DNA from: Lepidodermella squamata
Lineage: Eukaryota > Animalia > Gastrotricha
DNA: 64,000 nucleotides
Direction: 5' to 3'
Assembly (NCBI GenBank): GCA_047495785.1
Contig: JBLDXI010000025.1
Location: forward strand, 992,001 to 1,056,000
Of the stretch, positions 10,392 to 25,343 are shown piece by piece. The first letter of the stretch is position 1. Each line of letters starts with the position of its first letter. The notes under the pieces were generated by a model. It had not been told where the DNA came from. It did not search any database and was given only the letters and a program-made list of their open reading frames with translations. Made by a program: the position numbers and the translations under genes.

Positions 10392-13300
10392 TCATTTTTG
10401 ATCTAGAATAGCAAAGTCAATGGGCCTTGGGTTGACATTGTCTGTATTTACGACACCATACGTCGCCAGGGCACGATAAATGCCCGTCTTCTCCGGCCGC
10501 TTACTCAACGGAGCCGGAGCATTAGCCGCAGCGGTTCCGATCTGGCTCTGCAGCTTCGGCTTGACTAGCAAATTGAAATACTGATCTTTCACCATTTTCG
10601 GCTGCCAGAAACGCTTCTTTGAAGGATCCCCATCGACAGCGCTATCAGGTTCCCAACGACTCCGGTCGACAATGAGTGGCAAATCGCGAATTTTCCTCGC
10701 AGCTCGTTTGCGTTCCAATACCTTTTCGCTGGTCATAGGATATACTGGCTTGTCGTCGATATCTGGCAATACAGGTTCAGTCAAAGGTCCGAAAAATCGA
10801 CCAGTAAACGCGAACGGCTGCGGTTGTCCAAAGAAACCCAAGTACTTCGAACTAAAGCCTTTCCAAATCCTGTTAAAATGTGAAACACGTTTTCAAAACC
10901 AGCATTCATCTCTCAGCAAACCTGACAGAGCTGTCCGCCGATGCGGTGAGCAGTATTTCAAGCGGTTCGTAGTAGAATATTTCTTCAATTTTGGCAAGAT
11001 GAGCCCGCCATGACACTCGGAATTTTAGGTTGAAAAACGGCGCCGCGGTGCCTATAATTTGACCGAATTTTGGTGTCGCATTTCCCGATCCTACACTGTG
11101 CTTCTTGATTCGATCTTTCAAGCTTTGCGGTAAAGACAGCTGTTGCGTCCAAGTGCAAACGTAGCCACGGTAATCACCTGCAGCTAAGAATTTGTTGCCT
11201 GGGTCTGAGCAGATGCTTGTCACCGCTGAAGGATGAGCATTGATCTCCATTTGAACCTTGTGGATGAGCCGATTTTGCCCAGCTTGTTTGCTATTGATCG
11301 TCCAGAAGCGGATCCAAGAGTCTTGATGGGCAGTTGCCAGTAACGTCATCGATTTGTACAGCGCAGCACCAGTCGCAAGGCTCTACAGAAAGCCGATCAT
11401 AATTACCAAAAAATAATTAATTATCGTGAAAAATGAATGGAACGCAACATGGCTACAACAGTTAAGTATACATCAATCGTGTGTGAACACTCAAAAAGGG
11501 TGGAAATTATACCCTCATAGCTTGACGGATCTCTTCATCATCCGAATTATGATCACCCTCTGGAGGAGGAGACTTCAAGGAAAGAAAGTATCAGAGTAAT
11601 GTTACAGTTCAAGCTCGATTTACGGAAATGATTTTTATGATTAATGAAACCCTAGCTTACTGCAATTGAAAGTTTTGCGATTGTTGGCTGGGGGCTGTCG
11701 ATTTGCAGTTGAGCTTTTTTAGCTTCCAGGACTTCTGCTGGATTTAGCGTGAGTTTACTTAATCCTTGATCTTGTAGCTGGCTAGGTTCCGCCGTATCTG
11801 GCCTACTGCCGACCTGAGATGGCGGCGTATAGTCGTCATCGGAGTCTTCGGAAGCTGACACTTCCACACCCTCCTCATTAACCTTCTTTTTCTTCTCAGG
11901 AAGCGCAGGCTTAATGACAAGCAATGCATTAACGCGATGTAATTCGTTTTTCCCGATGTTGATCATGCTTGTGTGAGATACCGGCGTTGGGATGAAATCG
12001 TCTCGTGCCGTTGATTTCGCACCATCAACCACTGGGACTGAGGTTTCAGCTGGCGGCAACTTCCACCTCACATCCATCGTCATCGATCTAGCATCCCATT
12101 GAACGCAATGGCCGAAAGATGTCCCGGTTATTAGTGTCCTTCTGTCATCCAGTAGTAAGATACCTCTGTTGTAGCCAAATCGCAAGATTTCCTCAATGTT
12201 AGTTTTTTGCCGCGAAAACGAGATATCTTCATCAAAGTCTGATATTGTGTCCCTCCGCTTCTGAGAAACTCGACCATTTAGCTCAACACCACTACTTGCT
12301 GACTTCCGAGCTCCTTCAGGGTCATCCATCAAAGGCGTGAAAAACATGTCCCGCTCTTGGAAGTTTGGCTCGGAAAAATCGCAAATCTCAAACAGCTCCA
12401 TTTCTTTCGAATCATCGCGGAATATTTTAATTCGACCGCCCCAGCCTAATACGATCAAATAATTCACCCCTGGCAGGGCCGGCTTGTCGTAGAAAAGGAG
12501 GTCTGTTATCAGCTTATCATCGCCTGGTTTGGAGTATTCGTAACTTTTATGAATTTGAGTCGACCCGAAGTCCCAAATACGGAGTGACCCGTTCATCCCA
12601 CCCGTTGCTAGGCGGAAACCTGATGGATCAAACGCAGCGGCTACTACTTCAATGTTCGGACCATGTGGCGAGTCGACTTGAGCCAGTAATTTGCCAGTTT
12701 CAATCTCCCAAACGCGAACTTGTGGAGTGGTATCAGATGTCAGCAGCTGACCGAGTGGAACGTTGACAACCATCATTAAAACTGAGTAAGGATGGGTTTG
12801 TGGAATCAAAATAGTTGCATGGTACTTCCTGGCCAGGGGCCATTCGTCGACAACACTCGAGCCAGTTAGCAAGACCTCATTTTTGTGGTCATAAAGTATA
12901 CAATGGATTCGTCTCTCACCCGGACGGTTTTCGTTGTCTCCGAAAACTTGAAGAGCAGTCAAAGTGTGGATGTCCCAGATGCGAATTAGCCGAGCGGAAC
13001 TATGCAGTTTGAGAGTCAATTTTCAAATTTCATCAAGGCGTAAGGAACTCACGATAAACTGATGATGTGCTGATCGTCGTCATTGATCGCCACGTCGACT
13101 ATTGAAAAAATGTGGCCATACAACTTTCCAGCTGGTTTATTGTAAATTCCTGGGTGCCAGATTCGTAGGACCTTATCCGCACCGCCAGTTACAAAAATAT
13201 TCAACCTATCACTGTAGCAAAACGTGTTACAGCCCTTATCGACAGCAACATATCTCGGGTAGGGACGGTCAGATTTCAACGAATTGATATCCTCTGCGAT

Positions 13301-14570
13301 GAATGAGGTCTTCGAACTGGGTGAGCATGATGCGAAGAACTTGAGATCTGGGCAATAAGTCACCCGAACTGTCCAGTCTGTATGAACTTTGCGGCGAATT
13401 ATCGGGGAGCTAAGGGTACCAATATCGATGACATGGACGATGCCATCTTGTTTGCCGTGACTGCCTTGGTCGTTCTTCCGTTCTTCATTTCCAGAGGGTC
13501 CTGCTTTTTTGTGGGGATTTTTTACTGAAAGGTCCTTTTGATGGAGCCGGATGACCCCAACGCATCCCTCAACGTCTCCGAATAGGATAGCGTCTTCAAA
13601 TTGGGAACTATCAGGCCCATCAGAGATGATCGGGGCGATACATAGTAAATCTGCGCATAAATGAAACAAATTTAGTTGAATCCCCTTTGCGATAATAATC
13701 CAAGATTTTGAACTACACCCTAGGGAGATACTTTAGAATCTAGGTCACTATTTCTAGTCACGTCACGCAGGGCAAGAGAAACTTACTTGAGGGAAAAGGG
13801 GAAATAACGAAGGATTCCCGAGACGGGCTTCTATAGTCCCAGATGCAAAGTTGTCGGTCAGTCGCAATCGCTAATCGTCGTAGATTCGGAAGAAAGCAAC
13901 ACCCAGTGGTCAACATATCACCCTGCTGGACGTTCAGCGATGTGATAGGGGCGTACTTATTAGCCGCTAAAACTTGAACCAGGCCATGTTGACTCGTGAT
14001 GACATAGACATCGGCCTGAGGAACGTGGACAATCTGCTTAACGATATCCCGCCGTTTCGATCCTCCACCTGCTGCGTCCGCAACTTGACGCCGTAACTTT
14101 GTTACAATGACCTTGTCATCATCGATTACGTCATCGCCCTGTTTTTCACGAGCTTCCATCGCTCGCCACTGTTCTCGTTCGTTATCTTTGAAGCCGTATC
14201 CAAACACCTCACTCCAATCGAATTCGCCCTCGGGATTTGCGGAAACGCGTCGGTAAAGCTGCTTGACATCATCGACCTTAATTTCGTCGCCAAAAATGTC
14301 GTACATAGCATCGCGAAATCGGTCGATCGGCACCTTTTCCTGCAAATTCAACCGACGTTGCTCCGCTGTAATCTCCGTCACATTTCGTTGAGTGATATGT
14401 TCGATATAATCGTTGAATCTAGCGATCTGGGTTTCAAACACTTCTTGTTTTGTCGGCTCAGCAGCTTTCGCATTTCGAGATGGGGTTTCTGGTGCGGCTA
14501 GACTAGCGATGACGGCATTTGATGGCACAATAGCTGTTTGGTCTTTGTGGTCTTTATGGGATGTGGCCAT
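10392..14570 (-). CDS. WD40 repeat protein, WDR64/WDR49-like with N-terminal EF-hand-like region; exons 14570-13787, 13650-13053, 12999-11661, 11572-11513, 11382-10922, 10869-10392
   Basis: Frame-consistent GT-AG introns; WD repeats (VTGGADKVLRIW, GHIFSIVDV, LATGGMNGSLRIWD, SWRAH...LTASADSSVRIW); C-terminal YLGFFGQ resembles WDR64. Confidence 0.8.
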
Positions 14571-14667
14571 TTCAATTATAACAAGCCAGGGTCAGTCGGG
14601 GAAAAAACCGGCCGTATACTCTTCATTGGTATATGCCCAATACTGCCACCCGTATTTTAACGATTTT

Positions 14668-14681
14668 GTTGCCATCGTGAT
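14668..14681. promoter_or_regulatory. Putative X-box (RFX site) about 100 bp upstream of the WDR64-like start codon
   Basis: GTTGCCATCGTGAT has a perfect GTTGCCAT half-site and an imperfect second half; position is typical for ciliary genes. Confidence 0.5.
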
Positions 14682-17600
14682 GCCATTGATTGAAAAATGG
14701 CGCACCTGGTCGAAGGCACGCAAAAAGCGCGCGCGCATTTCGTTAATTATTAACGCGCATATTGCTTATTGGCGCGTCATAATGATTTAATGAGCGCGCG
14801 CGCGCGAGATGTTTTCCGCTGCTACTGTCACCGGCAGCCGTGTTCTACGTCCGCGCGTGCATTTTTAAGCCTCAATTCATGCTGAGCTCTGCACCGGGTC
14901 TGGGCCTTAATCTTGTAATTGCGTGTTGTTGTTTTTTTCTGCGGTTTTTAAAGTTCCTAACCCAGCAAACTGCATTGCAGGATATATTGTTTATTTTTGA
15001 CGTTTTAATTTTCGACAAGTTCAAATAGATTGTTTATCATTTTTCCTATTTACTTTTTCGTATTTATTCTATAGATCATTAGAAGCTGTTGTGTTCAGGT
15101 ACTCGCGCACTACTTCCTATAAACAAATTATAGCCTGTAGCTTGAATCCTCCACTCTATGAAAAACAAACAATCCCAGGAGCGTAACTAACTCAAGATTA
15201 CCTTATGAATTTGATAAATGTTTAGTAGCCCGATGAATTCCAGATAAATATTACCAAGTAATTTAGACTTTCCTTTTCGTTAGCCATTTCCTAGACGTGG
15301 ACTCATTTGCCATCTGAGCATATAATAATTCCTTAGACATGAGTCGTCCTTTTGTCTTCGACAAATCATGCGTTTTATGTAGCTACCAATGCACCGCAGA
15401 ACTGAGTCAGTTCTTTCTACTATTTGCACATCCTGGCTAGTCTAATAATGTCTGTTAGTCCAAGAAGTGGAATAGCATTGCAAATTATTTTTTGAAATAA
15501 AAAAAATTGGTCACTCAAATGCTGGAACCCTATGCTGGATCCTTTCCTAAGCAAAATGTCTCATTTTGTACCACATCGGCTGAAAAATAGAAGTTTGCAC
15601 TCTGAACTCCCATTATTTCGATCCAGGGGATTTTGATCCTCAGTGTCTTCTTTAAAGCCCACGGGGTAATAGACTGCCTTCTGACTGCAGACATATAAGT
15701 AATAGGCTGCCATTAGTGAGACTATTTTCATTCGCGCTTAACCATCGCTATATTATTATGTCCTCAGGAAGATACCATTTTATTCCGCCAAATATTCTAA
15801 GTAGGCGAATCATCCTGGAAAAGATATGTCGAAACTGAGCATGATCTTCATGTGTTTTCGGACATCAGAGATCCAAAGAGACTAGCCGAAGCGAACTGCC
15901 AATATTACGCGAGGAAATCCATAATCAAATAGTCACAGACCTCCGCAAGGTGAGATTTGATATTTGAAACATTGCGTGGGCAATTTTTCCAATGGTTATA
16001 AACAATTCAACACATGTTTTGATGATTGATGTGCGGCTGGTTCAAAAATTCTTTCGGCTAGTTGAACCAGCCGAAAATAGCACTCAAATTTGATTAAACA
16101 TTCTGACGTTATTCCAATCTCCCTTAAGTGAGTATAGCTTTTCGAGTTCACCTCACGCAAGTTCATAACCTCGCATTTTACGTTTCGTGCTTAATTGCCT
16201 GTGCCAAGCACAAAGCGCGAACCCTCATTAAAACCTGCGATGGCGATGAGGGCCACGTGATATCAAACGGCGCCATCACAGCGCAATAATAACAATTGAT
16301 GCCTATCACTGGCCATTTAATTTATTCTTTCATTTCATTTCATTTCACACATCTTGTGTTTTTGCATCATTTCAAAACGCACGAGGTAAATATAAACAAA
16401 AACAACGATTTATACGGTTTTTTCGTCCCCATCAGCTATCATCTTTCAGCCGTGTTTCAACAAAACCACGGCCACACCTTTGGCGGTGATATGGCCGGTG
16501 TTAATTGAATTACGCGCGCGCGCACAAGCGACACTTATGTGGCCTTGTTTTGAGGTTATTTAACAACAACGCATCGACTCTGTTGTGTGCGCTAAGTAGA
16601 CGGCAAACACGCGTAATTGCCGCCGATTATTTCAAGACACTCCTCGCGCGCCGGCTACAGACGCGTTATTGTAGTAGGTGTTAGTGCGCACGCGCCGCCC
16701 ATCTGCTCGGCCGCGTATTAAGCAGTCAACAGCGGCTTGAGTGATGGATATTAGAGCGGTGTGTCCTGCGGCTTTCGAACACTGAGTAGAATATAGGTAT
16801 ATATACTCAATATTTATTCTAACAAAAGCAACGCGCCCGCGACTCGCGCGCAAGAAATCAACAAAACAAAACAAACGACGAGCGCTGTTAGGATAAACAG
16901 CCTCCGAGTCTCCGGTGATGATGATTATACTTGTTGTTACTAGTTCGTACTCTTCTCATACAAAAATTGCCTAGTTCGGCCACTCATGCTGAGCAAATAT
17001 TGTAACGCTTTCGCACGCGCCATCAAGCAAACCGCAGGCCCCACTCTTTATTCACCTGTTCTTCGAAAATCAAAAGCCGCAAATCCTAACAGGTCATCAA
17101 GTCAACTCGTTTATTCATTTTTCATCGTCCAGTGGGGTAGACGGATTTATCAGCCCCCGAAAAATGAATTGAATTCCACCTTGGCTGCTTAAGTTGACTG
17201 AATCATACTCCGATTAGCTTAAAAATTACAAAAAATATTAGCGCTGCTTATATCTTGTAATCTCGCGCTTTTTGCTCTTTTTTACCCCGTTTCACGAGTT
17301 GTTTCGTAGGCGGGAGGCATGATGCATGGAACCTTACTTTTGGAGCAAAGGTTTGAGAAATGTCTTCACTGAATATTTTTGATGATGAAACTTCATTTCC
17401 TCAACGTACTTTTTCAGCTTTCGTTCATGGCGAGAATAAGGGATAAGGTAACAGTAATTTCCATCGGAAAATGTGGTTACATTGTTTGGAAGTCCAAGTC
17501 TTATGACTTGTGGTGACAGATTTGCTAAACAATGTTTAGCTCCAAACTTGAACTGTTTTTTGCTTAAAGGCGGATATCAACGAATAGAACTGATTGTTAT

Positions 17601-19017
17601 GGATAAATAACATAACAACTTCGAAGAGCTTCGTAATTTGCGTTCTCCCCTGTTAGTGGTTTGACCAACTTCCAGATTATCTCAATCCTATTTACAACCC
17701 TGATAGCAAATATCTGATTGACATGTTTATGACATTTAGTTCCAAGTTTTAAGTATCCTTGAGCATGAGCCAACAAATCGGACATTGCCTCTCATTATAA
17801 GGAAACACTTATACCTATGCTTCCTCCATTTACCAAGCACATTGCAATGTTTATAGTTATTATCATACCAAATTTGTCGGAGAATAGCATGCAAAACTAC
17901 GCTGGTGCATCTTTTTGTGAATACTGCGAAACTTTCTGAGCCGAGGTTTTTGCCTAACCAAGCGCCGAATGTCTCGGTTTTATTATTATTACGTATCCTT
18001 CCCTATTACGTATCGCTGTTTCATCAAAACTTCTTGTGGCATTTGTGTTCCACGCTCCATTTTTTCTTCTTGCCCACGTTTCAGTTCACCGGTAGAGCAA
18101 ACAGTGAGCCGACCCATAATTCCGCCAAGATCACGTCTGGCAAAACAACAACAATAGCGACGGCGTAAAAATTTGGCGCAAAAATCGGCCGTGTCTGTTT
18201 TGCAGCCGTAAAACAACGTGTTTTGATCACCTTTTCATGTGTTTTGTCTAGGCACGTTTTTGTCTCGCAAGTTATACACTCACACCAGAAATCTATAAAA
18301 TAATATATCGCTAGCGAAAACAACAAAGGCTATTAGACGTGTTTGTTGTAAAGCGCGCGCAATTTTTAGAGCTGGCGCTCATGGCGACCCTATTGGATCT
18401 TGCGCTAGCGCACACAGTCTTCTTTTTATCGATAATTTGGACCGACCGAGCAAACACAAGTATAATCTGCACAAGTTTTTGAAACAGCGCAAGAAAAGCG
18501 CGCTTTTTACTTACATACCTTAGCACTACAACGACTGCTGCTACTAATACGAAAACTTGCCTTCAGGGGCCACCTATAAATAATAGTAATAATAATAATG
18601 GCACGAGCGTGAAGACACACGCATGCATGTATTTATTATAATATGGAAATTATTACTAGCAGTAGGTATATCCTTACATTAAATACGTGAAACGAAGTGC
18701 GTGCTTTTTGAAGGCATAGTAACAAATTGTGTGTATGTGTGTGTGTGCGCGCGCTTAAAGCTTTTATACTACGTGTCGAGCCTCAGTGCACTTGACACAT
18801 ACACTGGCTAGCACAGGAAAAACACTCGCTTTACCTGTGCGATAAAAAACGCAGCCGATTTTTCGAATTCATTTTTTCCCTCTCAATTATAGAAAAAAAC
18901 CGATGTTTATTAGATGTCCTTATTATTTCCTATTTTTCATGTGTAGAGATTTTTCAAGTGTTATACGTTTTATTGAAAGGCGGCAGCTCAATAGCGCAAT
19001 AGCAGCCTTTTTACCGC

Positions 19018-21823
19018 ATGGCAGCGACGATGGCGGCCATTGGTAACGTCAATGACGAGCTTACGAATGTGCCTAGCACAAGTCTCGATTATGACCACGA
19101 CGCTATTTTAACGATAACATGCGCCTCTTGCAAGATCACCGTTCAGGAGTCTGACAATCGCCGCAGAACCATCTGCCCGCATTGTGGCAATTTTCTCAGT
19201 GAAGAACTCGAGCGCGAGGTCAAAATGGTTGCGACCTCAAAAACGACCCGAGGCTCTAACCCACCAGCTCGAGGCCCTCCCCCTCAAACTAGTCGGGTGA
19301 AAACTGGGACAAGAGGCCAGCCTCAACCACAGCCCACCCAGCCTAGGGTGCCTACTGCGCAGAGAGCTAGTCGAATGAGCAATTCGACAACTCTACCACG
19401 AATCGACGATCGCGCGACCCCTCAGAACGCAAGTCGGGCTAGTAACTCACGGGGTACCCCACCTGATGACGGCGAACGCACCCAAGGCCCTCTCCAGGCT
19501 ATTAAAACCTTCTTCAAACGGCTTGGACCAAACAACAGTGGTGGGAGCAGTAGAAGGGATAGCGCTGAGATTAAAGCATCGAAAAAAGCTACCCCTCGTG
19601 GTAGCCAGAACCAAGCCCCTCCTGCGAGGCTACCGCCTTTAACGAAATCCACGTCATCAAACGCGGCTTTGAGCCAACCCGCGTCTTCGCAAACATCCGC
19701 AGCCCCAAAACCATCAGTCCTCCAAATCGTCGAGAAGCGATTAACCGTCGAGCAAGTTGAGGAATTGCATGAGGAATGCAAAACTTCCGGGTCTTGGGAT
19801 AAACTGACCGAATTTTACCAACGGACTTTCTCCAGCGTTGTCGAAATCAATGCAATTTTCAAAGATTTCGAGCGTGAGAAAGATTCACGGTTCACGATCA
19901 GTGACGCGTGTGTTAAGCAAGATTTGTTGAATACCGCATACACAATTCTCGAATCTTGCCCGAAAGAAATTCACAGCGCAACATTCCGCTCTATCATCGA
20001 TTTACTGGTCGATAACAACAAATCTCTCAACTCGCACAGCTCGCTTGGAAGCGGTCGCGAGGACGTGAGAGCGCTGTTGATAGTGCTCCAGAACCCGCTG
20101 TTCAAAGAGCCCGCGCATTCGATTGTTTTTGCTCACCTACTACGACAAATTTCGTCCATTACACAGTTTCAACACTGTCTCGTCGTATGGCTGCGGCATT
20201 TAGAATCCGAAATTTTCCTGCAAATCACCAAGACAGTCAATGCTTTCATCACACGACGGCTGTTCGGCGATTCGACCCTGCCTAGTCACGTCCTACCGCC
20301 GGCTGATAAGTGCACTTGGTGGATTCCGAGTGCGGTCAAAGTCCTGGCGATATTCAATGCGGCTAATAACGTCGCAGCGCCTGGAGAGCCGGGCGCGACA
20401 ACCAGCACGTCGTCTCTTCTTACCTCGAACAAAGGAGTCGTCCAATACACGGAATTCTATAACTCATCGCTGGAACTGCTCGACCTCGGGACTCAGTACA
20501 AAATGTGGCTGAGCAGTTCAGGCGAGAAGAATCGCTTCTCCTTCTGCCAGTACCCATTCATAATGACACTAGCAGCGAAACGAGCTATTCTCGAGGCAGA
20601 TTCTGAGCATCAAATGGTTTTGAATGCTCAGCGGTCTTTGATCATGGACGTTGTAGGCGGAGAGCGGGTTGGTCTCGAAACCTTTTTCTTAAATCTTCAC
20701 ATCAGACGGGCGTTTCTCCTCGATGATTCTATCGACGAATTAAGCCATAAATCCTCTGATCTCAAGAAGAAGCTGCGAGTTAATTTCGTAGGCGAGCCGG
20801 GTCTTGACGTCGGAGGTCTTACTAAAGAATGGTTCCTATTGTTGATGGAGAAGATTTTCTCTCCCGACTACGGCATGTTTACCTACAACAAAATCTCCGG
20901 CTTATTTTGGCTAAGCCCGGCATTACTGGAAAATTTCCAAGAATTCCATCTTGTCGGAGTTTTGATGGGTCTTGCGGTTTATAATGGTATTATCCTCGAC
21001 CTGAGATTTCCGCCGATTTTGTACCGAAAACTGTTATCTCCGGCCGTTTGCCCATTCGATAACCCGAATGCAACAGTTGGAGTTTGCCAGGCGAGCCTTC
21101 ACGATCTCGAGACAGTGTTTCCAGATATTGCAACAGGTCTAAAGGATTTGCTGTTGTATGAAGGCAACGTCGAGGATGATTTCGGTCTCACTTTCCAAAT
21201 CTCGACAAATGAACTCGGCAGTGTGAAGACCAGCGAGTTGAAGCGCGGCGGCAAGACGGTACCGGTGACGAATGCGAACCGCGAGGAATACGTCGGTCTT
21301 TACATAGATTGGCTGTTGAATCGCTCGATCTACCGCCAGTTCAGGGCTTTCTATTTCGGTTTCCACTCGGTATGCGCCTCGAACGCTATTCTGCTGTTCA
21401 GGCCCGAAGAAATCGAGTCTTTGGTTTGCGGCAATCCTGTTGTTGACGTCGCTAAGTTGAGGCGGTCAACCGAGTATGAAAATGGCTACAGTCGGGACAG
21501 TGTAACGGTATGTTGCCAGGGAAACAGCGTCGTTAGTTACCAACAATTTTTTTCAATTTTAGGTGCAACATTTTTGGAAAATTGTTTCCGAGCTGGATCA
21601 AGACAAGTTAAAGAAACTGCTCTTTTTCATAACGAGCTGCACGCGCGTTCCCATCGGCTGTGATTTGGCGCTCAAGGTTGTGCGGGCCGATAACCTGGCC
21701 ATGTTACCCATGGCTCAGACGTGCTTCAACAGGCTCTTCTTGCCCGATTACAAAAACGAAAAACTGCTCGCCGAGCGGCTTCTTATCGCACTTGAAAATG
21801 CTCAGGGCTTCGGTATTGAATAG
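19018..21823 (+). CDS. HECTD2: HECT E3 ubiquitin ligase HECTD2 ortholog; exons 19018-21507, 21563-21823
   Basis: FSFCQYPF...DSEHQM...DLKKKLRVNFVGEPGLDVGGLTKEWFLLL...FHSVCASNA; catalytic Cys in LPMAQTCFN; N-terminal CxxC...CPxC; 55-nt GT-AG intron. Confidence 0.9.
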
Positions 21824-22868
21824 CGCAGCGGACAAGCAAAACAACTTAACAATGCATCCTCAATATTGTGAAACAAATAATTATAACTATTTTCGCGATT
21901 TCTATTTTTCTCGTGGCTTTAATGTGAATTTTTCCTAAAATTGTGCCTTTTCTTTGCTGCGGTTTCAACTTCTGTTTCGGGTCTTGAATTTCATTTATAC
22001 GTACTCTTCGACATTGTTAAATAACACCAATCCCTGTGTCGACAACCGTTTTTTCTCGACCGGCTGTTTGTCCTCACAGAATCGATCATGGTCTGTGTGC
22101 CCTCGAGTCTTTCTCAGGACTTTTCATTTGAGTACGTCCACTTTATAGGAAGTGAACATATAGCCGACGCGAGGACAGTCCGGCTATTTCCTGTTTTTCT
22201 CCACTTTAAAAAAACTCATCATCAAACACTGAATTGTAGCATGCCCACCCGCCGATGCGATCGGAAGGGTACAAATGTATCACTCTTGAATCCGAATTTA
22301 GCCTCCTCAGCAGCCATCTCTGTCTCTACCGCTTTATCTAGAACGTTCGCTTGTGATTATTGAACGATCGATATTTTATTTAGATATGTGCGTTCAGTAG
22401 CTTAGCGCACGGAAAAACCGCTCGGCTGTACCTAGCAACGCATCGGAAAAACAAAAATAGCTAAAAAATATTGACATCATTTTGTGAACGGACAACTTTG
22501 ATGGAAAAAAATCTAATAAAACGTGAAATTCTGCAGCAAAACTAATTTGATCTGTCAGGCGTCAGTCTTAATTCAGGTTATTTTCAACTTTCATCCGGTA
22601 TTCCAACTCAAATGAAAGATGAGTGCTGAAAGTTAACAAATAATGCAAGAAAACGTCGGAGATGAATAATTTCAAGGATTTAACAACTAATAGACGAAAT
22701 CCGCTGTTATCAAGCTCAATTTCTAGCTTCCGGTCTTTTTCAGGAGAATTCATGTAACATGAGTACGTGACGTATGGCGTGCCTTGTATAAGTATTCCAA
22801 GCCGGAGAAACTCTCATACGTGTGTCAATGCATTGTACGTAGCATAAGTTGATTTTTATCCCCTCAAA

Positions 22869-24318
22869 ATGGTGGCTTTTGCCCATTTACTTTCCGCTAG
22901 TTTGTTTCTCGGTGTGATTGCTTTATCACAAGCAATACAAATTTCGATAGAATCCCCTCGAAAGCCTCCGGCTCTCGAAGATGCTGAGCAGGATGCCGCT
23001 GCCCAGGCTTCATCGATTCGCGGTTTCACGCGTAAATTTTGAGTACCGGATGTTAGTTGGCAATAATTAGGCAATAATTAGGTCGCACAACGACTCGGAA
23101 ACCGACGAAGGTTGCGGTAGCGTCCGGATCTTCAGCTGCTAGTCGCCTGCTTTCTAGAAATTTGCCTTCAAATGAGACAGATAAAGCTGCGGCGACTAAG
23201 ACTACGACTACGACTACGACCGCAAAACCGACTACGACAACAACTACGACAAAGCCAACAACGACTACAACGACTACAACAACTACAACAACTACAACGA
23301 CAGCTAAAACTACTACGACGACTTCAAAACTTCTAGCGGCAGCTGCAGCGTCTGCCTCGACCACTGTCAAGCCGGCTAATGCCGGATGTGGCGTGAACAA
23401 ATACATTGGAGAAGGATATGCTTCGGTTCCACGCTCCAGAATTGTTGGCGGAACAAAGGCCGCGGATGTGGAATTTCCGTGGCAATCGTTCCTCCTAATA
23501 TACAGCCAAATCAACCAGGGGTACTACCTTTGTGGAGGCAGTCTTATTGACAAAAACTGGGTCATCACTGCTGGTCACTGTTGCGATCTGGCTTCGTCTG
23601 CTGGGTAAGAAGCTTTGACCAATAAGGATCATTTCAATCGTCGAAATTTCCAGAGATATCGTCGTGAGCCTTGGCAATAATACGCTATTTGACAGCGAAG
23701 GGTATCTCGCGAAGTTTCCTTATCAAAATTCAGCTACTCGCATGGTGAAACATAGCGGATACATTCCTGTAACGTACACCAACGATTACTGCCTTCTGCA
23801 AATACCAAGTGGGTTTTATGCTTGTAAACGAAATCGGAAAATCTGTGTGATTATATTAAATAGCTGTCAGTTTGTCCACGTGGAACATTCAACCGATCTG
23901 TTTGCCCAGGCAATGCGATTCTTCTTTCAAGGGAGAATGCGTTGCTGGTCAGAATGTCACTGCAAGTGGATGGGGCCACACTCAAACCGCAGGATCGCTG
24001 TCAAGCAATCTGAATTTTGTCCCGATTCCGATCGCCAATTTTGACGAATGCGCCCGTAAATTCGTCATGCCGCTCGACTCGAACAGTATGATGTGTGCTG
24101 GCGGTCTCGCGGGCCAGGGCGTCTGCCAGGGAGACTCGGGTGGTCCCCTGTCTTGCGTCTACAATGGCCGCCATTATTTAACGGGCATGGCTTCGTTTAA
24201 TGATGCAGAAGGCTGCGCCTTGACGAACATGCCTTCGGTATTTGCAAAAGTCTGCACCGTTCGCTCATGGATCGATTCAACGATGAGCACATCCCGTAGC
24301 ATCAACAGGCAGGGCTGA
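22869..24318 (+). CDS. Secreted S1A serine protease A with Thr-rich stalk; exons 22869-23022, 23082-23604, 23654-23808, 23864-24318
   Basis: Signal peptide MVAFAHLLSASLFLGVIALSQA; activation R|IVGG; triad TAGHC, NDYCLL, GDSGGP. Confidence 0.9.
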
Positions 24319-25343
24319 GGTTGTGCTTTCTTTCAGACCATCAATTATTCAAGCAGACACTAAAACGCTATGACCATACATTTTACCACTAAGACATCGA
24401 ATTAGTTGTAACAGAAACTTAAAACTGTTTGATACCACGAGGTACCCATGGAAATCGGAATCTTGAAACATTGATAGCTGTGAATAAAATAATAATTCTG
24501 CTGCCGTCGTCGTATCTGTGGCATGGGTCTTCATGTCCCATTCATATTTCCCCTCTAAACAGAATTTTTATGAGGAAATATCTGATTCTGATACTTGCTC
24601 ATTGTGACGCTGTAACGGAATTTCCTCATCAATAGAACTAGTTGCCTATGCTTTTCGAAACATTAACATAATTCTTATCAGTTATGAATAATCGCTAGGC
24701 TCGTAAACCGTGGAATCCAGATATTTGATAGCTCCGTAGCTTATTTTGATCAACTACTCCGGAAAAAATCACTTGCTAACGATTGAAAAATTACTAACCT
24801 TCCGGCTTATCGCAAGTTTCGGTGCTGCAAATTGACACCTTTTGTGGCAACATTCTTGACTGAGGTATTAAAATTTCAAGATTGAAAGACCATTAACATG
24901 ATTGAACTCTGAACTATGTGGAACTCGATTACTCAATCTGAACAATTATTCTGAATTGATCTGAATTATTCTGTATCAATGTAATTATGTAATTATTCAA
25001 GGTCTAACAATTATTCTGAACAATTCCCATTCTTGAATATCTTGAAGATCTTGAACGGGATAGTGAAATAACACTAATTTCTACTTAGACCCCGCCGAAT
25101 CTAAACTCGACCGTAGAATGTTCGAAGCCATTACCTGTGTTAGGAGTTAGGAAGTTATTCATCAAACAAAGCATTACTGCATTCGTTTATTACCTGACGT
25201 CCGGTTTACTTCGGCAAGTTAAGCCAGACAATCCGAATACACTGTGTTAAACGCGTAGTGCAATTGATCCCGGCATGGTTAGAATACGTGCCACGGGAAT
25301 TTAATGAAACATATACGTACATTTACCCATTCTTCGCTGGAAA

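Noticed and set aside
21700-21730. HECTD2 inactive because AHTCFN reads AQTCFN
   Set aside because: Catalytic Cys and C-terminal GF motif are retained.
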